From the NCBI GenBank assembly GCA_964187785.1, contig OZ076409.1:49478001-49542000 (forward strand): a stretch of 64,000 nucleotides of DNA. Reading direction: 5' to 3'. The notes beneath the pieces were generated by a model, which did not search any database, was not told the origin of the DNA, and worked only from the letters and a program-made list of their open reading frames with translations. This document shows, in pieces, positions 1 to 12,590 of the stretch. This DNA comes from Amphiscolops sp. MND2022 (Eukaryota). Each line of letters starts with the position of its first letter. Position 1 is the first letter of the stretch. The position numbers were made by a program, and so were the translations under genes.

Positions 1-1923
1 CATGTTCAAGAAGATGCTACTATTTTAATCAATCAATTATCGTTATGCCAAAAATTTGATAACCTTTAATTAGCCTCTTGAAAAAGCTGAAAAATTACAA
101 ATTTAACAAATGATTTCACTAATGTAATATGATAATGATTCTTCAGTTACGTCAGAGACCACATGAAGAAAATATATTGACTTCGTTTTGTTTGCTCATA
201 ATCTGTGCATTTTTTCTTCACTCTAGGGTCTACGCCAGCTGGTTTTGGCATTTTTGAAAAAAGTCATATCATTATTATTTTGGAGTGATTCATGGCAAAA
301 CAGTCAGGATGCTTGATATAATTTCACTTTGCTTCGCATATATCTGGGGTATGATTTACCACAATTTTTCACCAGAGAATTGTGGAGTTTTTGGGTAAGA
401 CCAAAATGACATTTATATTACTCAAAAATTGACAAAACCCCGCTATTTTCCAATTTTTGACGTCTTTCACGCAATTTTTGTATAACTTTTTTGAAGAGAT
501 ATGTGAAGTTTCTTGTTAAGAAAATGCCTTATAATGACCTCGAGTCAAAAAATCCCATATTTTCATTTTATAAATTTTTCTGACGTGGTTCAAAGATTTC
601 GTGGGTGGAAACGTTCAAAAGCTCAACCACGGAAAACTAGCTATAAAGTACACTTCTTTGAACAAAATTTTCCATTTTTGCTTGAACAATCTCGTCAATT
701 TTTTGAGAGATTTCGTGGATCATAATGTTAAAACTGTTATGCAGTACTTTTTTGCGAAGAGATAATCAATTTCGTATGTAAAAGTGCCTCAAAATGACCC
801 GGAGAAAACTGAACAACCCAAAAACACTACGCTATTTAGGAAAGAAAAATGCGACTTTTTCGTCAGAAACGTTCCTCGGAATTTTACAAAAGTTCGAAGT
901 TTGCAAAGTTCACCAATGTTTGACAACATTCTCCGAGGTTCGGACAGATTTCGAACGTTTGCTCGAATTGAAACAAGACGGAAACGTCTCAAGTCAGCGA
1001 TATACCTAAGGCTCAAAAAGAGCAGAGTTTTCAAAACATGCTCAAGACTTTTTTTATGAAAAACTCAGAATAAAATTTCCAAACACCCAAAGGGTGCTTT
1101 TCGTGCTCGGAAAACGCTTCAGACGTTCGGATACAGCGTGCTGAGACAAATGCGAGCGCTTTTTTCGAACATACGCCTTCTTTTCATAAAAACGCAAATT
1201 ACTTCAGATATAACGTCTAAAGTTTCTTATATAGCGTGCTGAGACAAATGGGAGCGCTTGTTTAAAAAGTCTCACAAAGCCGCAAAAATGTGGGGAAAAG
1301 TCATAACACCAACAAAGTGGAAGGGAGGACTCTTCTGTTTTGGAATGGTTTTGTAATTCATGTTAGAGGCTTAGGATGGGTTCAAAATCAAGTACTAAGT
1401 ACTTATGGTAAAAGTGCACAGTGCACAAAAAGCGGACCATTCAGACTTAGATTGACAAAAAACTAGTCACTGTAATAGTCTGGCTTTCTTCTTAATGGGT
1501 GCAAACAACCAAGCTCAGCGTTGAGACAACTAGCTATCAGGAAGCGTTTTGAAGGAGAGCTCGGAAAAAAGTTGTTCATAAAATACTATAAAAGATTCTC
1601 CTAGAAAAGTTCCGTATTTACACCATTCCGACAAAATTTAATCAACATTTGAAATTAACAATTCAGTAGATATGAAAGTTCAAAGAGTTGAAAGACAAAA
1701 CATTAAACCTTCAGCAAACATCCAAAAACCATGGGATGCTCAGGGAATGTTTACAAAAAGAAAGCTTAGCGCTTTGTTTTTTCTGTTAGGGTTTTGTGGG
1801 GTAATATTGATTTTCCAAAATCTTCTGGCAAATATTTTCATCCATTCCGCCTGAAATATAGTTGAAATATAATGAAAACACATGTTTAGCAGTTACGGAG
1901 TTTTACTTCCAAAAGAATAGGAA

Positions 1924-2064
1924 GGATGATATGAAAAATGACAAAAGTTTCATCTTTTCAGTTTCACAGGGGAGTACAAAACAACTCTATGGCCGCCATA
2001 GAGTTGTTTTGTACTCCCCTGTGAAACTGAAAAGATGAAACTTTTGTCATTTTTCATATCATCC
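1924..2064. repeat. Perfect inverted repeat (70-bp arms, 1-nt centre)
   Basis: ggatgatatgaaaaatgac...ctctatggc-c-gccatagag...gtcatttttcatatcatcc reads the same on both strands around position 1994. Confidence 0.95.
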
Positions 2065-2272
2065 ACTCAGCATGTTTGTGTAGTGCGACTTTCAAAGTTT
2101 CCTTGTAAAAAACTTGAGTGAGCCAAAGTGAAAATAATATATATTTGAACGGTTGTTTTTTTAACTTCATGCAAAATTGGGATGTTTTCGGAAATGTTAA
2201 GATCCAAGAAAGTGAATTGCAAAACTACCAGCTACTTATTCGACATTTGCGTTTGAAATGAACCAAGTTGTG

Positions 2273-2340
2273 AGGACCATCGTGTAGTGGATAAGGCGTT
2301 AGGCTTGTGTTAGTGAGATATCAGGTTTGAATCTCTCAAC
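2273..2340 (+). repeat. Degenerate tRNA-derived (SINE-like) head
   Basis: A-box-like tcgtgtagtgg and B-box-like ggtttgaatct at tRNA-like spacing, but no clean cloverleaf. Similar heads on the minus strand at about 30345-30432 and 47005-47075. Confidence 0.4.
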
Positions 2341-5300
2341 TCATCAAACTAGGGATTGGAGCAATCTCGTAATCTCCAGCTTAGTTGTATGGTTTTGGAG
2401 AAAAAATAAGAGAAGACAACAACGAGCGGTTAGACGTTTGTGACGTAGAGCAAAATTCAACCAGATGACCAAGCGTCTATAACTATGATACTATGCCTTG
2501 CTTTGGGTAGATGGTACCGAGAAAAGTACCATTTTTGTAAGGTAAAAATAGGCCAATCCCAGACACCGCTTATTTCGGGAATTGGTTTTTTCTTTTTTTT
2601 TCCAATTCTAGACAGTTTTTGGCATTCGAATTGCATTTTTTGAACGTTTACAAGGGTACTAGTTTCCACACAGTTCAACGACAAAGTAATTTGGTTCTCG
2701 ATGCGTTCTTAAATTAAGTGTTTCTTTTCAAAATGGAAAAAGGTGAACCGAAATTTGTCAAAACTTTCATTTTTTTCAAATTTCTCTACATTTTCATAGT
2801 CCATTGAACACTCTCGAGCATTAAACGTATGTCGTTGCGAGAACAGGTTGGGGCGGAAAATATCCCACTGGTCAGTGGGCGTCATATTGAGATGTTTAAT
2901 GCATCAAGTCATACTGCATATATGTCAATCAATAAAATTACTGACTCCTTGTAGGAACGTGGGCAAGAAAAGTGGACTTGAAACTGTTATTCAACGGGGC
3001 TTTTTCCACAGACTTTGCTTTTGTCCCGAACGCTCCAATAATCAATATTTGAAAGTAGTTGAAATATACATTACTGTACTCGGCATACATAACCTCAATG
3101 CCAATTCGGTTAATCCATGTATCCTTACGACGGCATGTCTTGAACGTGTGGGATCGGTACCACAAAGAATGTAGCATTTATATGTAACGTTTTTATACAA
3201 ATCATGTGAAAAAATTTGTTTTCAAGGCTTTTGTTGCTCTAATTTACCTGAAAATATCTTGTTTGAAAATATTTAGCTGATTGCAGACTGAAGTGATATG
3301 TATTAGACACAATGGCTCTCGGTATTTTTGAGTAGTTTTGAAAATTGAGTCTAATACAAAAAAAATGAGTCGAATGAACCTGAGCCTTTCCTTTTTTGTT
3401 ACATAGTTACGTCACACAAAATGACGTCACAATGTTTTGTAGACTCCTCCTTCCCATTTCGAAAAAAAAAACAATTTATCCGGAAGATTATGAATCTGAG
3501 CAAGGGCTTGAAGAGAAAACTGTTGAAAAACAGAAAATTCAAGAAATCTTAGAATTTTAAAACTGAGTTGTACTCCATAATTATCCCTTTTTACCCCTTC
3601 AATTACGTTTTTATTACTATGTTGTATACACTGCCTCTTAAAATAGAAAATGATTTTTAATACTATTTTAATACTATTTTAAGCAGGAAATAGTGTTTTT
3701 TTCACATTCAACGTTTGTTGGAACTAACAACTGGTAACCTTTTCTCATGTGTACCTTGTTTTTCGGCCTTCAAAGTCGACTGAATGCTATCCCGTCATAA
3801 AAAATAGAGCAAACAGTTCTTTTTCACAGCATGGAAGTAAAAATAGAAGCATTTGCGTTTTCCTTTTGAAACGTGTTCATATATCTTCCTTCGAGTTAGT
3901 AAAAATTAATATTTTCTGCCACACTGGATTTGCTGTCATTATGAGATTTCAGTCATTTATGCAGACAAGAAGCCTTGTTTTGGAGACAGCTGATATTATT
4001 TTCAGGTGACCAAATACCATTATCCTGATATGCCGAAACTCTGTGTTACCAGGTAGCGTTGGAAGCGGTTATGGGAAACGTTTTCGAACACTATTTGGCT
4101 GACGTAAAAGGTCGTAGCGCTTGTGGAAGAGTGAAGTGACGGAAATTGGACATGAAAATATTCATTTTCATCTGATCGAATCAAGCCCTAACAAAACTCA
4201 AGAATACCATTTTTGTCTTTGCCCATTTTCTACAGCTGACTTTTGAATTGAACATGGTAACCCACGTTCAGCATAATTTTGAATCTTCTACATTGTAGCT
4301 TAAAAGAGAGCCACTTAGTTGCACCATGAAGAAAAAAGCAAGGAACGGCCAGACTCGGCATCCCACTCAAGGTTCAAAAAAGTGAAGTTTGTAAAAAAGA
4401 CACTATTGTAAATTTTCCATCAATTTCGCAGTGCCAAAAAATCCTCGAAAGGATACCCATTAGACTCGAAAACAACTTTTTCCCGACTGGAAAAAGAACA
4501 AAACACGTTTTTTGGGAAAAAACAGGTTTTTTTTCGGAAAAGTCTGATTACCAATTAAAACAGCAAAACGCTTTTTCCAAGCGAAAAACTTTTTGAAAAG
4601 TGAAAGTACTATTTCACCGGAAGAGAACAGTTTCAAAACAACCCACAGTGCCGAAAAAGCCGTACTTCGTTTGCATAATTGTTGAGAAAACTTTCATCAG
4701 TCGCACAACTAAAAACAATCAGAGTTCACACTTAAACTGGAAAAGTGGTCTTGCTCAGCCGAAAACCTCTCAAAAAACAAAAAAAATGAGGAAACAAATA
4801 TTTCCGCATAGTGCTGAAAACCCAAAGTTCTCAATGCTCACAAAAGATTGTGTTTCTGTAAAATTTGAGGGAGGCAATTCGATGAAAACAAATTAGAATT
4901 AAGTCAGAAAGTACCGAAAAAATGCCCGTCTCAAAAAAAAACAAAATTCGGATTAAGCGCTTTGTTTTTGATATAGCGCAACATCCACCTACTCCTTAGT
5001 AAAAAGCAATTTAATTTGGATATACTGTCTAAATTCTGACATTACGCAATAGTTTCGAACCACTATTCCCTCTTTGGTAAAACGCACTTTACTTCGGATA
5101 TAACCTTGAAAGTTCGGATATAACGTGCATGTACAAATGGGAGCGCTTTTTCTGAATCTTCGCTCTTTCCTGAGTAGTACGAATTTTACTACGGATAAAA
5201 CGGACTTTTTCGGATATAGAGTGCTGGACCAAATACGAACACTTTTATCGAACCTTCAACTCCTTTACTCCGCGTTGAACTCCAGAAGTTTGGATATAGC

Positions 5301-7609
5301 GTGCTAGAAAATTGGGAAAACCTAATTTTAGGACGAGAAAAAAAACGAGAAAAAAATTATTTAAAAAAAATACTTTTTAGGCTTTTTCGAAGTCCAACTT
5401 GTTGCAAAATATTTAAACAAGTGAAGGGCACCCTTTAGCGACTATAAAATTTTTCGAAAAAAGTTCACAAAGCCGAAATAACCAGCAGGAAAAGTTTCTG
5501 TCAAGTGCGAAACTCGGACCCACGTCTTTCTGTTTTTCAGACGTCAAAAAAACCTGCACAATTCTTGTGCCAAGTGGCAGTAGAAATAATTACATCTTAC
5601 TAAGGAGCAGCTCATAAAATACACAAAATCTGTCAGTTCTTCAAAAGTTTTAAAAAATCACACCACCTATAATCTGCTCTTTCTCTGAAAGCGCCGACTG
5701 AAAAATCCGATATAGCTCAAAGTTTCGAACTTCTGCCTCCTCTTTCGTAAAACACGTTATATTTCAATTCTTCGAATTTAACGTCACAATTCAGACAATG
5801 CGCAATGCTTTCGATCCTCCTCCACCTCCTCTTTAGTAAAATGCAAACGGACGAAAAAAATGCCGGCTGAAGCAGAGACTGGAACCCGCGACTGTTGGAT
5901 TCCCACTAAACCGATTAACTTGTACACCAAAAAAGTGGTACATATAGATAGAGTGAGCTCTGTAATCTGACAAAAAATCGAAAAAAGTTGCACAGTGTCG
6001 AAAAAATTCAAAAGGGGACCCCTTACTGTCGTCCGGTTTGTAGGTTACGTTAAAAAGTAAATAAAGACAGGGGAACCCTTTGCAGTAAGTTTCCGTTTTG
6101 GCCTCTGTAGTTTCTGTAAAAAGTGGACCTTTCATGTCTGTGGTCTGGAGAAAAAAAAGGGTCACTGTTAGAGTCGTGCATTTTTTGCTCCACAAAACGT
6201 GCCGACTAAAAACAAGACATTCATATGAATATGACCATGATAGCGAATTTGCAATCAGAACAGGAAAAAAGCAGACTGCTTGTCATAACCCCGCCCTTGA
6301 GATAAGTGGATGAATAAAATAAAATCCTAGAAAAAATTGCAATTTCCATTTGAATCTATAGAAGTAAGTTCAATGAGTTTGACATGAGCATTTCCATCGA
6401 ATAGTGTCAATACTAACAAGACGGGAACGCCTAAAGTCGGGGCTATATCTAAAGCTCTAAAAGCGCAAAGTTTTTAAAATTGTAAAAGGGGGAAACTTTG
6501 GGTTTTTTAAAAATCCAGTTTGTTGCAAATTATCAAAAAAAATTGAAGAGGGGACCTTTTGGCGACAAAAAAATTTTGAAACAAAAGTCTCAGTGCCGAA
6601 AAAAATCAAAGGGGGACCCTATAGTCTCGTACGGTTTTGTATCGTTTGTATCGTTAATAATGGAGTAAATGAAAGGGGGGACCTTTTCTCTATTTTTCTA
6701 CTAAACATAATCAGTTTTTAGGCCTAGGAAACGAGACCCAGTTGAAGTCTGAGACACTTTAAACGACATTTAAAAAGATACTAATCAGCTTATCATTAGT
6801 TTCTGCCGAGAAGGAATGTCTTTGGTTTGTGAAAATTTCACCACAATTTATGTACCTGTGTCATCCATAATACGTCTGATATCAAAATCAAAACACTTTA
6901 CAAGTCTCCATGAGCATTTATGGTTTATACATCTACATCGATGTATAAAAATTACATGCAATTTCAGTCATTCATTTTACTTGGATATGCAATACTTGGA
7001 TATCTCTCTTTTCTTCTTTTCCCAATGCTCGCTCATTCCATTTCCCTCATTCTAATCTCGGGGAAAGGAAAAGTAAAAGTGATGAAGTATGCTAAAACAG
7101 TTGATAGCAAGGGGTGCTCGGAGAAAGGCCATCTAAGCAAACCGCAAAACAGTGCTGGAATATTACATGTAAAAATTTCATGGACACGCCTGGCTAGAAT
7201 TTTTAAACATGAATCTCTCAAGCAAATGCAATATTTTTGCCGTTCGAACCGCCATTTACGTCATTTTAAAGCATTAAATGGCAATTTCGTATTTGAATTG
7301 GGAGGGGATAATGTCAACATGATTGTGATTTCTAGACATCACGGTAATGAACGCCCCTTAAATACTTCTTCGGTTGAATGTTTTTGAAAGGTAATTCCTG
7401 TAACAACACTAAGCAAAGAAAAATAAGAGCCGTTAATCTGGTCTATATTAATTGATTTTTTTTTGAAATTCAGAAATATAATCATCGAAAAGCTTCAATG
7501 AATCTTCTACCATCAACACTAACGAGTTCGTCAAAATTGACTTGCAGTTCCGAGTTTTGAAATTTAAAGTTACATTGATTACTTGAAATGGAAATCAAAT
7601 GAAATTTCA

Positions 7610-7863
7610 AAAAACCTGGCTGCATTTTTTTGAGACTCATAAATCCGTTGCTCAAAATTGAAGTCCTAGGATTAATAATAATTTCAGCGCCTTGTTGAAG
7701 AACTTTCCACCTTTGCCGAGCGTCTTATCATAAAAATTTTTATGATAAGACGCTCGGCAAAGGTGGAAAGTTCTTCAACAAGGCGCTGAAATTATTATTA
7801 ATCCTAGGACTTCAATTTTGAGCAACGGATTTATGAGTCTCAAAAAAATGCAGCCAGGTTTTT
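7610..7863. repeat. Perfect 254-bp palindrome (127-bp arms, no spacer)
   Basis: Centre cataaaaa|tttttatg at 7736/7737. Arms are complementary out to aaaaacctggc...gccaggttttt. A partial third copy of the arm lies at about 8126-8190. Confidence 0.95.
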
Positions 7864-9376
7864 AAAATATTATTTATTTATTATTATTTATATTTATTTT
7901 AAAATAAATCAGACACTAAACCCGAGCTCGAATTTGTTCATAAAAGCTTCGAAGATTTGGATATTTCACGGGCTATGTATCTAAGAGTCAAAAACTAACT
8001 TGATGAACTCATCAGGCAAAAGCGTCTTAAGACCAGGATTCTTAACCGTGTTGACTCTCCAGGCAAACATGCAGGTAAACATGCAAGAAAGGCACGTAAC
8101 AAGAATGGTTTAGTGTCGGATTTATTTTTTATGATAACAAGACGCTCGGCAAAGGTGGAAACTTCTTCAACAAGGCGCTGAAATTATTATCTCATACTGC
8201 GAAACGTGAATCGTCAAAATTTTGAGTTTTTTGTGGCTATTTTTGAGTTAATCAATGCTTCAATATAGTGGATTCATATTTTGAGCACAAAATATTTATA
8301 GAGAATTAAAAAAAAACTGATTCGGTTTAAATGAGAGTATTCATCTAAGTTTAAGTTCATTTAGAGATTAATTGTACACCTTATTCAGACCTGAACTGAA
8401 GATATTAAAAAAGTTATTACCACACAAAATTTGGGCAATAGGGAATTGCTGGCATCGAAAGAGCAGGTAATGTTTGAGCTCATGTTTTGGCATGTCGACT
8501 TGTGATCATCGTTCGCTTCAGTGTCCAAAATACCTGAAACATTAAAGCATAGTCAGAGAGCTTTATTTACATTAATTACATTAAATTTAGAGACAAGATT
8601 AATGCGACTAAAAGAGTGAAGCAAAATACGTTCCTGCAAGATGTCACGGTGTTACGCAACGAATTTGAAATTTGTGTGATCGTTTAAATTTTAAAAACAT
8701 TTTGCGATTTCGTTTCTCGGTGTCTTGCGTTTCGTAGTACGAATGTAGTTCTTAAATGTTTTTTTTCCACACATTCGTGGCTTCTCTAGAGAGTCAATCA
8801 GGAGTGCCTATAATGTCTGGTTATCAATTAAAAGATTAATCTAGACTGAAGAGCTTCTCAATTAGGGACAAAACACAAAATTAAGAAGATTTGAGACAAT
8901 TTGATACAAAATGCTAGGTGTTTTTAACCGGCGCAATTTCCTTTAGGGAAAAAAGTCCGACTATTACAGTTGTTCTAATCTCAACAACTAAGCTTCTAAT
9001 TTAAAGGAGAGGGTTAAGATAATTTCTATATGTATAGTTCGGCAACTATATCATAAGTACCAAAATGTATATAATGGTAAATCTAATTAAGTATGTAGCA
9101 AAAGTTCTGTTTGTAAATAAACATGGTAGGCTAGACACATAATAGAGTGTGAAGTTCTTTGAACCGAAACTCGGTAGAGGTCAAACCGGAATGAACCGAA
9201 TATGACAATAGTGACTAGTTTTTTGTCATAATGTATGGTAACAGAATGTATGTGAGGTGAACACTCTATACAGAACTAAAATACTGGACCAGCGAGCATC
9301 TAAATTAGTGCAAAGGATCCCCCTTTCATTTATTACACTTTAACGTAAGATACAAAACAGGACAAGACTATAGGGT

Positions 9377-11473
9377 TGTCACGACCCGCTCCCGGTCGGG
9401 ATTATTCTTGCTGCAGTGGCGTGCCGGGATTCAAAAGGGGGAGAGGACACGGAAGGCCTAAGCAAAGCTAAGTAAAATACTGAACTTACCTTGTCTAAAC
9501 TACAGCACGAACTAAGGATTAACGGAAGCGCAACGTGAAATATCCAAAAATGATCTTGAGCAAAATAGGATTTCTGATTTAAAGTTTTCACATGTAATCA
9601 CTTTACTACATCCGGTTTTGTTTCTGAAAAATCCATGACAATCTAAATACTAAAAAGAAACATTCATAACACTGTGATCAATTCTCGTCCTCTCCACACT
9701 GAAATGAAAACATTAGTTAATACCGTGGTCCCAACGGAATGCATGTGATCTAAAATAAGGAAAATACAGAGAGAATTTAATAGACTTGTTTCCAAAGTCT
9801 GAAGTAGTTGTTAAAAGCCACTCAAATTACAGTCAAGTAATTTGAATAAACCTTTACAACGCTATGGCAACGTCAATCAGATAAACAAGTTGCTAGTATT
9901 CCTAATTTAATGAACCAATAGCGTCGCTGCTAAGGACGGAATGTTTGCGCTCGAGCTAGTAAGGACCATTCTAATGACGTCATTAAGAACGAATTTAAAG
10001 ATGGCGAATTGCTCCGCTCTAACTTCGCTAGCTACTAAGCTAATCTTAATACGTACGTAGCATCTACGGGACGAATTGTAAGCTAAAGAAACTATAGCTA
10101 ATCTTAATACGTACGTGACATCTACGGGGAAGATTGTAACTTGGCAAAACTATACTTAATGTTAATACATGCAAAATAACTGTGGAAAAATCTGAGACTT
10201 AGGGACTAATGCAGTATATCAGGACATTCCTTGGAACACGTAGAATTTTGTTAGGACAACCAAAATATTGTAGGATTCAATTATTTCCTCCCGATTTTCC
10301 TCTGTTCTTTAAGCAATCTAAACGTTCGTGCTGTAGGACCAAGGCAAAAGTGAATTTCTTAATGGAAGGTGCTTTTCTTACTTTTAAGAAAATGATTTAC
10401 GTACTCAGTACGTCTTAAAATGTTGTTGCTTTCCACGTTGTTTGTTATTTTGTAACCATGTTTGATAGTATCATGTAAAAATCACGCAGGTTTATCGTTG
10501 CCAATTTCTGGTTTATAATAACCAAATTTCAGTTTGTATTCGTCACTTTCTCGGTATCATTTGTTCCTTATCAAACATTTGATTTCAGTAATCCAAAAAC
10601 TTAACCGAAATATTTCCGTGACGAATTTCACTTGTTACTTTGTTGCTGCAAGTTGAAAATCTTGCCGCTCATAAGATGAATCATTGTTCATGCCCGCGTG
10701 CCTTTCGTGATGGAAGTTTAACTAGACATTTATTTTACCGCTCTTTTGAGATTAAACCGGAAATGAGGATGATGAACAAAAATGAATTCAACAAGTACTC
10801 CGCAAAAGGGACGTGACTAGGAATTTTAAATTATGAACAACTAGTTAAAGGGTTGAAATAATAAGGATGACTAAGTGATTTTTATGAACAAAATGGATTT
10901 TTAGGATTCCTAGGAATTTTTAGGTGAGGAACAAATGATGCTGAGAAGGTATATATAGTTGTAGATACTTTGAAAAATCAATCCAATCTTTTGTTTCCCA
11001 ATTAATCAATTTGTTCTGTTGATACAATAAAGCTCGCTTCTTCGACGAATTAACATATTTCCGAAGACTTCTCTACCATAAACTTTCAAAGATGACTACT
11101 AGAAGCCAGAAAAGAAAAGCGGTTGAAGAATTAGTCTCTACTGAAATCGAAACACCGGTTCCAGAAATTAGTCTGAGCGAAAATCCCGTAGCGGGAACAA
11201 GCAAATCTCCTAGAGTCATTTCTGAAAACCTAGAAAATATTAAATCGGCTCTTAGAAAAGAGATAATGACTGATCTTACTAAAATCTTAGCCGAGAACCA
11301 GAAGGAGATGCTAAAACTGATAGCTCCAGTAACTAAAAAACAAACCCTAGTTAGAGCTTCTGAAGAAACTGATTCTGATCCCGAGGACATCCCGGAAAAT
11401 GCAACATCAACACCTATAAAAACCAAATCCACTGCGACTACTAATAGGATTACCCCGGTAAATAGTCGTAACA
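9377..11473 (+). repeat. 5' LTR (2097 bp)
   Basis: TG...CA ends with an 8/9 inverted repeat; matches 23210-25306. Contains about 59-bp tandem units (10038-10175), TATATATA at 10950, AATAAA at 11026 and the gag ATG at 11092. Confidence 0.97.
10950..11031 (+). promoter_or_regulatory. Putative LTR TATA box and polyadenylation signal (U3/R/U5 boundary region)
   Basis: TATATATA at 10950-10957 followed about 70 nt later by AATAAA at 11026-11031. The same order occurs in the third element (62359 and 62376). Confidence 0.6.
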
Positions 11474-12504
11474 TGGTGACAGGAGTCCTCAATGACTCAA
11501 CGAACCTCGGAAAGAAGAAAACACGACCGCATCGCCCACAAAGTTTGCCACCCAACGAACGGCCTTCGACATCACGCCTACTCTTCGCTCCCCAACCGGA
11601 AATACACCAGCTGCCACACCTACCCCCAATGCCCAAAGCACTCACTGCATCATTGCCCGTATTCGATGGTAAGTCAGAAAAATTCGAACTTTTCGAGGAC
11701 TTATTCCGGAACAACATAAAAATGTACCCACACCTAACAGAAATTCAAAAAATCAACTATTTCCACTCACTGCTACGAGGCAATGCACTACAAGCATATT
11801 GCAACTTAGACGATGCCAAAAAAGATAACTTAGAGGAGGTAATTACGGCGTTTAAACGGCGCTTCGGAGATTTTCAATCTTCTGCCAAAGCGAGATGCGA
11901 ATGGGACTCGCTACATTTTGACCCAACCAAACAAAAATTACATGAATTTTTGGATACACTGCAAAAAACGGCTAAAGAAGCGTTCGGCTCTGAAGCACAA
12001 AAATTTATAGACAAGGCCATATACGCCAAAATGCCAGACCACGTCAAAAAGATCCTCAACCGAGCCTACCTCGAGGACAAACCCTATAATGATATTGTCC
12101 TACATCTCGAACGAGAGATGCGCCTTAACGGTCTAGGAGCCCCAGACGAAACCACACTAGTACCACTAAATACGGTCGACGTCGTCCCATCGGAACCAAA
12201 AAAGGAACTCACCCAACGAGGAAGTTGCTTCCACTGTGGTAAACAAGGACACTATAAAGCACAATGCCGCAAATTAAGAAAAGATCGTTACTATGAAACT
12301 AAAACACAGAACGCTGTCCCCAAAACCATTGAACCACCCAAACCAAAGTGCGACACTTGCGGGAAGCTCCACAAAACCGAGAACTGCTGGTACGGAGCTA
12401 ATGCGGCGAATGACCCCAGGAAGAAACGTCATGAATTCACAATACCCACTAGCCAAATCAGCGAACAACCAATCCCCACTGTTGAAATTCAGTCAAAAAA
12501 CTAA
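11092..12504 (+). CDS. gag: Gag polyprotein (470 aa); first 127 codons lie inside the 5' LTR
   Basis: Capsid-like LPVFDGKSEKFELFEDLF...LRGNAL region, CCHC knuckle CFHCGKQGHYKAQC and a second knuckle CDTCGKLHKTENC; lies directly upstream of pol. Confidence 0.95.
   Translation: MTTRSQKRKAVEELVSTEIETPVPEISLSENPVAGTSKSPRVISENLENIKSALRKEIMTDLTKILAENQKEMLKLIAPVTKKQTLVRASEETDSDPEDIPENATSTPIKTKSTATTNRITPVNSRNMVTGVLNDSTNLGKKKTRPHRPQSLPPNERPSTSRLLFAPQPEIHQLPHLPPMPKALTASLPVFDGKSEKFELFEDLFRNNIKMYPHLTEIQKINYFHSLLRGNALQAYCNLDDAKKDNLEEVITAFKRRFGDFQSSAKARCEWDSLHFDPTKQKLHEFLDTLQKTAKEAFGSEAQKFIDKAIYAKMPDHVKKILNRAYLEDKPYNDIVLHLEREMRLNGLGAPDETTLVPLNTVDVVPSEPKKELTQRGSCFHCGKQGHYKAQCRKLRKDRYYETKTQNAVPKTIEPPKPKCDTCGKLHKTENCWYGANAANDPRKKRHEFTIPTSQISEQPIPTVEIQSKN
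11474..11488 (+). promoter_or_regulatory. Primer-binding site (probably complementary to a tRNA-Leu)
   Basis: TGGTGACAGGAGTCC immediately after the LTR-terminal CA; an identical 15-mer occurs at 62733. The tRNA-Leu assignment is inferred from resemblance to known Leu acceptor ends. Confidence 0.8.
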
Positions 12505-12548
12505 AAACGCCGCGCCTCCGCTTCGGGGAAACGGTAGACGCGAGGGCG
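12495..12548 (+). promoter_or_regulatory. -1 ribosomal frameshift signal (A_AAA_AAC plus GC-rich stem-loop)
   Basis: Heptamer at 12495-12501 directly before the gag TAA. The -1 frame is open from there into pol. Downstream cgccgcgcctccg-cttcgg-...cggtagacgcgagggcg can fold into a hairpin. Confidence 0.85.
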
Positions 12549-12590
12549 TACACAATAGAAGACCCCCCAAATCGCTATGAAGAAGACTTC

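Noticed and set aside
500..7400. Short ORFs of 60-155 aa in the first 7 kb
   Set aside because: Mostly inside interspersed repeats, often with non-ATG starts; no motifs and no convincing splice chain.
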